The notes below the pieces were generated by a model. That model had not been told where the DNA came from. It saw only the letters and a program-made list of their open reading frames with translations, and ran no database searches. Below, piece after piece: positions 35,904-46,101 of a DNA stretch of 64,000 bases (positions within the stretch are counted from its first letter, which is position 1; every line of letters starts with the position of its first letter). A program made the translations under genes and the position numbers. Origin of the DNA: Vitrella brassicaformis CCMP3155 (taxonomy: Eukaryota; Protista; Chromerida); contig CDMY01000440.1 in the NCBI GenBank assembly GCA_001179505.1, positions 1 through 64,000 on the forward strand. Reading direction: 5' to 3'.

Positions 35904-35975
35904 GGGTTTAGGGAGCACCCTAGCTCTCAATTTTGGGGAGCACCCTAGCTCTCAATTTTGCGAGCTAAGCTGCGA
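35904..35975. promoter_or_regulatory. Bidirectional TAF7/ABCB promoter elements: telomere box, perfect 25-bp tandem duplication, TGCGAGCTAAGCT motif
   Basis: gggtttaggg at 35904-35913; gggagcaccctagctctcaattttg twice (35911-35935, 35936-35960); TGCGAGCTAAGCT at 35959-35971. Confidence 0.6.
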
Positions 35976-36084
35976 GACTCGGAGAGCGTCGACTCATCGC
36001 CTGTGGCTTGCCCAGTTGCAACGTGACGAGAGAGAGTCGGAGAGAGCTGAAGATTGAAAGAGCCGACAGACAGCAACGACTCGG

Positions 36085-37362
36085 ATGGCTTTCCCATATT
36101 GGCGCATCACGAGAGCTCCCCGGCTGTCTGTGGCGCTGCAGCTGACTGCCTTCGCCCTCTATGGGCTGATCTCGCCCCTCCTGCTGGGCTCCCTCTATGG
36201 CTTCCAGCCCGAACTGCTGTTGGAGCAGGAGCTGGAGCGGTACAGTTTTGCCTTCTCGGTTGCGGACGCGGTGCTGGTCAACGTGCTGAGGGGCGGTGTG
36301 TTGCTGTTCTTTTGGATCTGCGCCGTGATCAGGAGGCCCGCCATATATGTTTCAGCTATAGCGCTGGCCTTCACGGCCGTCAAGACGGTGGCCTTACTCA
36401 TTGGGCTGGCCATGTAAGACGGGACAGGGAGGGAGGGAGGGAGGGAGGGTCAGTCAGGCGCGTGTGTGATGTTCCTTGCCGTGTGTGTGTGTTTGTCTGT
36501 GGTTCCTCCAGTTCCGGCCATGTCGGCGGTGTGTTGACTCGGCTGGGGACACTGTTTGTGTGTGTGGTTGGCGGGGCGCTGGAGATGTACACGGTCCACC
36601 AGGGCAGCTACAAGGACATCGACCCCGACATCGAGCTGGACGACAAAGTGCAGCCCCTGTGCACCGACACCCACGCCCACACCAACACCCACACACATAC
36701 CATCGTCGACCACCCCAGCCACTCGGCCGCACCCACGGAGCTGACCGTCGACTCCAGCTACACCTACCTGCCGCCATCCATCGGCACGGGAGCCTCGTAC
36801 CGATTCGACAACGAAGGTACACATCTGTCGATGACAAAGAGTGTCGATCCACGTGTGTGTTCTCCTCTCTGTCTGCCTGGCTCCTTCAGACGACACAGAT
36901 GATGACGACAACGACGTCAAAAATGACAACGACGACAAGCTTCTGACGAACGGCAATGACGGCTTGGCTTCGGGAGTGAAGGCGCCGCCGAAGGTGTCGA
37001 CGGTCAAGTGCCTGATACACTACGCCCAGCCAGATCTGGGGCTTATCATTGGTATGTGGGTGGGTGGGGGGCTGAGGGGAGGGGAGCGGATAGGCGACCC
37101 TCGCACACACACACACCGTTTGCCGATGTAATGTAGGTGGCGGTTGTTTCCTGGTGCTGTCGTCTCTGACCAAGTTGATGCTGCCAAAGTTCATCGCCCA
37201 GTGCATCTCTGCCGTGCTCGACAGCAGCGCCTCCGACGAGGTCTTCTGGGGCGGCGTCGTCTACCTGGTCCTCTTCTCTATCCTCTTCTCCTTCTTCAGC
37301 GGGCTGCGCGTCTGGTCAGCCGCTCAGCATGACATATCGTGACCGTTGGTCGCCGTGCATCC

Positions 37363-37395
<33 letters not shown>

Positions 37396-39719
37396 TGTCT
37401 GTGTCAGGTGCACAGCTAAGGTGGAGGTGAGGCTGGTGGCGAGGGTGCAGCGTGTGCTCTTGGCCAACCTGATGCGGAAAGACGTGCAGTACTTCGATGA
37501 GCACGGCACCGGGGCGCTCACCAGCAGACTCACCTCCGACGCCACGCTCCTCGGCTCCATCCTCACCACCAACCTCAACCTGGTCGGTGATGGATGGACC
37601 TTCTCTGTCTCACACGCACACGCGCACACGCACACACGCCTTGTGTCCCTCCCTGCCTCCGTCCGTCCGCCATGTGATATTATAACAAGCAGGTGCTGCA
37701 GTATTCAATCCAATTGGTGGGGTCGCTCCTGTTTCTGTTCCTGCTGGGGTGGCAGCTGGCGTGCGTCTACTCGGCCATATCGATCGTCTTCTTCGTCGGC
37801 ACCCGGCTCTTCGGCAACCTCATACGCACCATGCAGAGGAAGGTCCAGGACGTCAAGAGCGATGCAAACCACGTGCGTACGCGTCTGACACCCAGACACG
37901 CCGACACGCAGCCAGGAATGATGAATGAATGGGTGTGTGTGCGTGTGGATGCGTGTGTAGGTTGCGGACCAGGCGATATCGTTGATCCGACTCGTGCGGG
38001 CTTTTGCATCGGAGGAGTGGGAGTGCCGAAGATACAACGAGTGGAACAGGTGAGCTGAGCGGGCGGTGTGCCTGTGTGGGCGACGGATAACTCATGGAGG
38101 CCACGTGTTGTTGCGGCCGATCCGGATCACCTGTACTCCGTGTTGCAGGCGTCAGGTATTGCAGGAGCTTAAGATCAAGATGTCGTACGCCCTCTACCTG
38201 CCATGCGTCACCATCGTCCAGAACGGCCTGGTCATTCTCGTGCTGCTACTCGGCGCATGGTACCCAGATGCCAAATGCACACGGCGATCAATGGCCTTTC
38301 ATGTTGGTGCCTTTGTTCGTGCTTGCGTGTGTGGGCAGGTATGTGTATCACGGATACATGAGCGGCGAGGCCCTCACAGCGTTCCTCCTCTACAGCCAGG
38401 GCGTCGGCGATCCCATGATCAACCTCGCGCAGCAAGTCGTTGCCTTGGCCACCGGCCTCGGCGCGGGCGAGAAGATCTTTGAGATAATCGCCGAGAAACC
38501 CACCCTCCCCATCAGCGGCGGCATCGTTCCCTTTTCAACGCCCAAAGGTGAGCATGCAAACGAACGTGGGCGCAGGCAGTTCTCCGCGTTTCCCTGTGTG
38601 TATGTCTGTGCGATTTGTGTGGCATATACTCCAGGTCACTTGGAGATGCGTGGGGTGTGGTTCGCCTACCCCAGTGCCCCGCTGCACGCCGTGGCCCGTG
38701 ACATCAATGTGGAGATTAGGCCTGGTGAGCGCGTGGCTTTTGTTGGACTGTCAGGCAGCGGCAAGTCGTCCCTCCTGTCGCTGATTCTGCGGTACTTCGA
38801 TCCCCAGCGCGGCAGCATCGCCTTTGATGGCCATGACATTCGGGTGCTCGACCCCCGGTATGGATGGCAGGCAATCACGCCACAGCACCTAACGTGGCAC
38901 GGCAGACGCATGGTGTGCCTGTCTGTCTGTCTGTCTGTTGTGTGGTTTGTGATTGCGCGCAGGTGGCTGCGCAACCGCATCGGCATCGTGACGCAGGAGA
39001 GCATGCTGTTCGGCATATCGATAAAGGACAACATCGCCTACGCCATGCCCGACGCACCTCTGGCCGACGTGCAGGAGGCCGCTGCACTCGCGTCGTGCCA
39101 CGAGTTCATCGTCGCGCTGCCACAGGGGTCAGTCTGTGGCACATGGCAGCGAGTGACACATGGCAGCGAATGCAGCTGGATAATGATCTCTCTCTCTCTC
39201 TCTCTCTCTCCGTCTCTCTCTGGGTGTGTGCAGGTATGACACAGAGGTGGGCGAGAGGGGTGTGCGGCTGAGTGGCGGGCAGCGGCAGCGACTGGCGCTG
39301 GCAAGGGCGCTGATGAGGAAGCCAACTTTGCTGCTGCTGGACGAGGCGACGAGTGCGCTGGATGCCAAGAGCGAGGCGTCGGTGCAGCAAGCTCTCGACC
39401 TGCTGCACTCCAAGACCAAGATGACCATGGTCATCGTGGCACACCGGCTTTCGACCGTCAAGGACGCCGACCGCATCGTCGTCATGTGTTCTGGACGGAT
39501 CGTCGAAACGGTAGCACCGCACTCACAGACACGGACACACGTGGCATGGCATGGGGATGTCTTATCTCATGGTTGCTGTGTCTTGCTGTAATTCAGGGCA
39601 CCCACGCCCAGTTGTTAGCTCAGAACGGTGCCTATCGGTCTCTGATCGACCGGCAGCTACAGACGGACCTCCTCACACACACCAGGCCTCGCAGCCGCAA
39701 GCAGTCACGGCAGGACTGA
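36085..39719 (+). CDS. ABCB-family half transporter (TAP/ABCB9/MDL-like) with N-terminal extra TM domain
   Basis: TMD motifs [29 protein letters not shown] and IVDPTRA/IRLVRAF-type exon. NBD: [10 protein letters not shown] (Walker A), IVTQESMLF (Q-loop), [15 protein letters not shown] (signature), [11 protein letters not shown] (Walker B), VAHRLST (H-loop). Confidence 0.93.
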
Positions 39720-40180
39720 ATAGATAGACGAGAACAGATAGGTGGTTGGGCGGGTGGCTGGGTGGGATTGGGCGGGTTCATTGTCTCGCCAAGCGATTTT
39801 GCTCCACTGACTAAGTGACTGATCTCTCGTGCTGCTGTACTTTGCTGACCCAGGGCTTCGCGTGTGTGTGTGTGTGTGACTTGTGTGTGTGACTGTGTGT
39901 GGATACTGATGCACACGTGTCCGTGTGTGGTGCCTTGCTTGATTGTCTGTATAGCTGCCTGCCTGCCCGCCTGTGTGTGTACTGGGGCAGGGCAGAAGGA
40001 GACAGGGATTGATGAAGGATGATGTCCTTACTGACAGAAACGTGGAAAAAGACATACAACGAATGGCACCGTCTACTGATGACAGATTGTCTATGTGTGA
40101 GCCATAATGACACACAAGGGGCCTCAATGACCATGACCACATCTATCGTCGCACCACACGCGAGCAGCGCAGAGACAAAC

Positions 40181-41615
40181 CTACAGACACAATCGGAATG
40201 CCACACCCACGTCACCGCGTGCGCAAGTCATATCATAGCTGGTACATCCAGGCCTTTGTGGTCCTCCGCGCGCCACTCCCCCCCTCCTTAGATCCCCGTC
40301 TCTTCGCCGAGCCGCCAGACGTGCCCGAACTTTCACTCTTCATCCCGCCGGCCTTGCTGCCCTTGGCCGCCTGCATCCACAGACTGACCGTGTCTCTCTC
40401 TGTGGCCATGTCTCGCTTTGGTCATGTCACCTTGGCTTCTTTCTCGTCCTTTCTCCGCTCCTTCTCTATCTCTTTCTGTTTCTTTGCCATCGACTGGTGC
40501 AGCTTCTGCTTGCCCTCTGTCACGTCCAGGGCGGCATCGAGCCCAGCCCGCACATAGCTCTCAAGGGTGCCCAGAATGGTGTCGGGCGGCTTTTGCACCC
40601 TGGCAGCGCGGCTGAGGCGCCGCTCCACCTTGGCCCGCTGGGCCCGCCGCTTGTCGACTCGCTCCTTGGCTGACTTGCATTGGTAGTAGCGGCCTTTGGC
40701 GTGCTGCTTGCCCTCAAACTCGATGGTCTTGGCCAGATGCTCGAAGGCCTGCATGCATAAAGGAACGGAGAGGAGACACCATCTATGTTATATTTGAATC
40801 GATTTCGATTGTGTGGGTCATGCTGTTGGGTACCCAACCCACCCTACCTTTCTTTCGTTGCCGTCTTTCTCTTCCTGTTTCTTGATCTGCATGTCCGTCT
40901 CGAGGATCTCCCTCTCCCACTCGGCGGCAATATGCACGGCGGCGTCATACCTCGTGTACAGGACGTCCACCTGCGGCTTGAGGGCCTCGGCCGTCTCTTT
41001 CTCCTGCCGCCACTGTATCCACGCATCCAGCACCACACGCATCCGCTTCGTCCACCCTGATCGCAGACAGACAGACAGACAGACAGACAATCGCAGACAG
41101 ACAGACAGACAGACAGGGATACACACAGATTGCCGACGTACATCATGCAGGCTCGCCGACATGAGGTCATCCTATCAATGTCCCGCTTGGCCATGGGCAC
41201 ACCAGCAGGCTGGTGCTTCAGCTTGTGTATGGCGGCATCGAGCTGCTTCCTCCTATTGTCAGGGAGGGGTGGCAGGTGCCCCTTGATGAACTCCTGCAGC
41301 TGCTGCTACCGGAACAGCGCCAGCTGGTACTCGTTCCACTTGGCCTGGTAGGCGGGCTCCAGCTCATCCCTCATAAGCTCCGCCACCGCCCGGTTGTTGG
41401 TCTGGACTTCCTGCCGCACCTGCAGCAGCTCGAGGGGGGTGAGCTCAAAGACGGAGCTCTGCCCTGCCCAGTGCTCGCCGTGACCCGACACGCCGCCAAT
41501 GTTGCCCATCTCTTCATGTGTGCTCGAGGACGGTTTATACGACAAGGCAAGGTCTGCGTGAGCTGCAGTCTGACATCTCCCCACTCAAAAAGACACCCTT
41601 CCATTGCAAAGCCAT
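40181..41615 (-). pseudogene. Uncharacterised charged coiled-coil protein gene with an in-frame TAG
   Basis: Coding-like exons (LTPLELLQVRQEVQTNNRAVAELMRDELEPAYQAKWNEYQLALFR*QQLQEFIKG...; WTKRMRVVLDAWIQWRQEKE...; AFEHLAKTIEFEGKQHAKGRYYQCKSAKER...). Stop at 41306-41308 with coding-like sequence continuing in frame. Both ends are uncertain. Confidence 0.5.
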
Positions 41616-41716
41616 GGTCTCTCCAGATCGCCTTGGAAAAGTCTCGACGATCGGCGTGGTCTGTCGGATACAATTTCTCCTCGTGATCTCAATGACAGTA
41701 GCTCAGGTTCTCCAGC

Positions 41717-43471
41717 ATGAGTGTTGAAGGAGAGCCGAAGCGTCCCCGCACACAAGGCGGCGACTCGGCCGCTCCAAATGAGAACACACCGGTGAGCATT
41801 AATCGAGAAGCGAACGCATTCACTCAAGAGAGCACACAAACGTCCATCATCGTGCTGACTGTCTGTGTCTGTGGGTGTGTTGCAGTCCATCAGTGAGGGT
41901 TTGGTTCGTCTGGAGGAGCGCATCGCATCGCTGCACACACACATAGATCAGGCACGTGGCGCATGAGAGGCTCAATGGCCTCACTGCTGGTGTGCTCTCA
42001 TCCACTGTGTGTGTGTGTGCGGTGCCTGCAGGTCTCACGAGAGGCTGCCGGTGTGCAGCAGCTCTTCAACATAACAGTCGCCGCACAGGTCAACCACACA
42101 CACACACACGAGAGTACTGCAGCCGTCACTGTCTCCACGGTTGTCTGTCTGTGTGTGTCTGGTGCAGACGCCTCTGCTCACCAAGAAGTGGCGCAGCGTC
42201 TTCGCTGCTCTCTCGTCGGCTAAAGATGCACTGCGTGACGTCGAGGATGGCGTCAAGGGCACCATTCGGCCCATCGGCTGGGCCAAGCCGCCCCCGCCCG
42301 CCGACTCGGCCGACGGCCTGCCGCCTGATGTCTGCCGCGACGTCATCTACCGGTGCCTGCCCATCGACGAGGCCGTCTGCTCGGCCCGCCCCACCAGCAG
42401 GGCACACGGCAGCCAACTCGTCAATGAGGCCTTCGTGCAGCGCCGCATCGACACGCACTCAGCCGCCACTCGCTGACCGGCCTCATCGACGTGGGCCGGA
42501 CAGCAGCAGACACGGCCAATGCTGCGGCACCCACCCCTGCCCCTCCGACCAGTAGCAGCAGCAGTGACGCACCGGCCGCTGCTGGTGGTGGTGGCCCTCA
42601 TGTGTCGCATTTCTGTCATCTCTGCCAGTGCTGCTATGCACTCGAGTATGGCGGGGCGGTGTGGTGTGAGTGGCCCGACTTCATCCGGCTGGCTGACATC
42701 TACAAGCTGACGCCCTCGACTGGCCTGCCGCTGATCATGTCGCCTCAGTGGATGGCGGCCCACCTGCCCACCAAGGCCGACTTCCACACCATGCCCCTCG
42801 CCCTTCGCCAGTACAGCACATTCGGCCACCTCCTCAACTACAAGGGGACCAGCCTGGCGATCACAAAGGTGGATGAGGCCGAGGATGACGACGAGGAGGG
42901 CGAAGAGGAGGATAGAGAGGGGGACGGTGGGGTGACACGGCAGCGGTATCGCATCGGGAGCGGCGAGCACGAGTGGCGGTTCGAGACAGTGCCGCTGTCC
43001 GCCATCCCTCCCCACCATCCCTGCCGTCGCACATACGACCCCCACAACCCGCCCATCCGCTACGATGGCTTCCTCGTCCCCTCATTCACGGCCTTCATGA
43101 AGCATATGGTGCTGCTGGAGTGGTGTGAGTCAGACCAGAAGGGGGTGGTTGAGAAGAAGGTATTTCGGAGGATAGTAGGCCGTGACAATGAGCGGTTTCG
43201 GTCGTTGCTGACGGACCCCATCGACGGGCACACCACCATCGACTTCATCACGGAGACGGGTGGCGAGCGGGGGCGATTCATCATCCTCAAGGGCATGAAG
43301 GAAGGCGACATCGTCGCCGCATCTCTGATGGTGGCTTCCGGCCACATCACCTACACAAACGAGGCGGAGATTGGGGGCCGCACGCGGCTGTCTGACCGAT
43401 TCCCCATCGCAATGTCCTTGGCCTACTCCTTCCTGGGAAAACACGGCGTCGCCCGCATCATACCGCAGTAG
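41717..43471 (+). pseudogene. Family X copy 5 (type A), inverted relative to copies 1-4, with a -1 frameshift
   Basis: Same exon structure as copy 2 (MSVEGEPKRPRTQGG...). At ~42455-42460 gcactcagc lacks one C relative to gcacctcagc in copy 2, splitting the last exon into ORFs 42141-42476 and 42491-43471. A sequencing error is possible. Confidence 0.7.
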
Positions 43472-44461
43472 AGGAGAGCACAAGTGAGCCGTAGTGGGGA
43501 GGACATTCACATACACACAAGATGCATGCATCGAGTGCCCGGATGACATTGGTGCGTCTGTGTGTGTGTGTGTGTGTGTGGACCCGCCTTGTGCTGACCA
43601 GGCACCGATTCGCCCAGATCATGCCGCAGTAGAGGAGAGCACGTAGAATTGTAGAGGCCGGTGGGCGGTAGAAGGCTGATCGCCCCAGAGAGATGCCAAT
43701 GACTGGATGGGATGGATGCGCCACGTGGGCCATCGGTGGATGCCGTGGCAGATGGATTGCTGCATTGTGTGCGCATGGTGGACTGCATTGATTTGACCAT
43801 CGTACAGACGGGGCGGTGCCTGTGTGCGCCGTGCAATTTTGATCATCTTTCGATGCGCGGGCAAGCCATTCGTTGATCGTCCGTCGCACAATCAAATCCA
43901 CCACCACCACCCACCCCTTCCAGCCCTCTAACGTGCAACATTTCGATCGCACGACCATCCAAAGATGGACGTACACTCAGACTCAGACACCCAGGCCAGG
44001 CAGCCGAACAGCGGATCATGTGTGCATTCAATTCATGTGTGTGTGGCCTCGTCTATCTGCCACACGGATCGATCAAAAAGTGCCATCACCGCCCGCCATG
44101 CCATTGTACAGATCTGCACAGCAGCCCAGCCGATTGTCTGATTGCATAGGCAGAGTAGACCGCCCCTTCTCCCCCCCTGTAGCTAGACCACACCTGCACG
44201 TGTGTGTGTAGTTGGTTGGTTGCACCCAAGAGAGGGATGGACAGCCAGACGAGACAGACAGACAGACAGACACCAAGAAAGCAAAAAGGAGCAGCCCATC
44301 CATCAGGCACGGCACCCAAAAAAACGAAGCAAAGGGCAGCCAGGGGCCATCTGCCATCTCTCCCTCCCTCCTCACCCACCAAGGTTCTGCCGTCTGTCCG
44401 TCACACATTCGGTCATCCATCCATCCATCCAGCCCATTCATGTGTGGTGTGAGTGGACGCG

Positions 44462-45697
44462 CTAGCCCATGAAGTCCCCGTAGTCATAGTTGTAGCTGCA
44501 CCCTTCCTCGTCCCACTCGTCGTACGGGTCATATCCGCCGCCACAGAAGCGGGGCGCCGCCGTGCGACGCCGCCCCCCGCCCCCGCCTCGCCCTCCGCCG
44601 TACTTGGCCTTGCAGTAGTCGAAGAAACGGTTGAACGCCTTGAAGGACACACACATCATCCTAGGATGGGTGTCTCCCTTGCCGCCTGGTGCATGTATTT
44701 GTGCAGCCGCACCCACCCCTACCCACCTTGCCCTTGGACGACTTGGTCGTGAGACGCTTGCGGCCCAACAACCACTCGATGTAGTCGGGGTGGTTCCTGC
44801 CCGCAACCAAGCATATGCATATGCATCCGTGCAAGTCAGTGTGTGTCCATCACATCAATCTCCTTTTGTTTGCATCAGCTCTTTCTTACTCCTCCACAAA
44901 CTTCCAGGTCTTGCCCGCATACTTGCCGAACCCAATCTTGTTGTTGCCCTCGCTATGCTCCGGCCGCCCACCGCTCCCAACGCCTCCCGATGCCCCTGCA
45001 GACGTCCCCCCAGTCGATTTCCGTCGACTGCGATTCGCACGCGGAGGCGCTGTCGGCGGCGGTGCCTGTGCGTGTGCGTGCTGCTGTTGGCCAGGGCTGG
45101 GAGGGGGAGGTGACGCATGGGTGTAAGTGGGGGGAGGGGGCGGGGGTGGGGGCGGGGCTGTGGTGCGTCGGCCGCTGGACGACGCGGCCTGAGGGCAGGT
45201 GCGGGAGGGGGTGGGCGGGGGTGGTGAGTAGTAGAAGTTGTAGGCATGTGCAAATGGGTTGCCGAATGGGTAGTAGTAGGTGGAGGTGGGGGGGGTGGGG
45301 GCATGTTCACCCCAACTGAAGACAGACAGACGACAACAAACACCGACACCGATGATATGAGTGGTGGTCCGTCCTTCGTGCCTGTCTGTCTGTCTGCCTG
45401 TCTGTCTGTTTGGTTGGTTGGTTGGTTGGTTGGTGTGTTTTGGTTTTCTCTTACTTCGCACGTCATAGCTGCGGCGTTGCGTATCATCCGATAGGACCGT
45501 GTAGGCCTCCTGGACCTTCTGAAACGCCTCCTTGCTGCCACCTTTGTCAGGATGAGCCTGCACTCACAGACATCCATCGCATGCACCCCCTCCCTCCCTC
45601 CCTCGCTCACTCTGAGTGACGCCTTCTTGTATGCCTTCTTGACCTCGTCCTTGGACGCGGTGGTCGATATGCCGAGCGTCAGGTAGTGGCCCTTCAT
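44462..45697 (-). CDS. J-domain (DnaJ type III) protein with a Pro-rich linker and C-terminal FGKY-type motif
   Basis: HYLTLGISTTASKDEVKKAYKKASLR|AHPDKGGSKEAFQKVQEAYTVLSDDTQRRSYD (HPD motif). C-terminal IGFGKYAGKTWKFVEE|NHPDYIEWC...SFKAFNRFFDYCK. Confidence 0.88.
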
Positions 45698-45954
45698 CCT
45701 GTCACCAACTCAACTACAATCAAACTAATGGTCTCCACCTGCAAACACGCAACACAACAGCCACACAGCCACCGTCATGTCATGCCCTGTGAGGTGGGTC
45801 CCAGCACTGCACTCTCTGCTTCCTCAATGAAATGAACCATCCCCCCCCTCGGGGCCATCGCTCCGGTCTTGCTGACGCGCTGTGTGGGTGGTTGGGACGT
45901 AAGCATCCGACCATATCAACGCCAGGGAAGCGTTCTACATGCCACCAGCTCGAA

Positions 45955-45971
45955 TGCGAGCTAAGCTCGCA
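45955..45971. promoter_or_regulatory. Palindrome TGCGAGC-TAA-GCTCGCA in the DnaJ/lipase divergent promoter
   Basis: Perfect 7-bp inverted repeat with a 3-bp spacer; the same arms recur at 63707-63723. Confidence 0.6.
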
Positions 45972-46101
45972 GACGAAGGAAAGAGGAAGTGAAACTGAAG
46001 GAAGGAGGAAGGATGGACGGTCTCGTGTGGAGGCAGTGCGCGGCATGGCCTTACGACGGCCATTCATGAGTCATCGACTTTGATTATGTGATTATGTCAC
46101 C

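Noticed and set aside
43520-43535. TGCATGCA apicomplexan AP2-type motif
   Set aside because: It lies in a 3' flank rich in GCAT repeats, not in a promoter, and is expected by chance.
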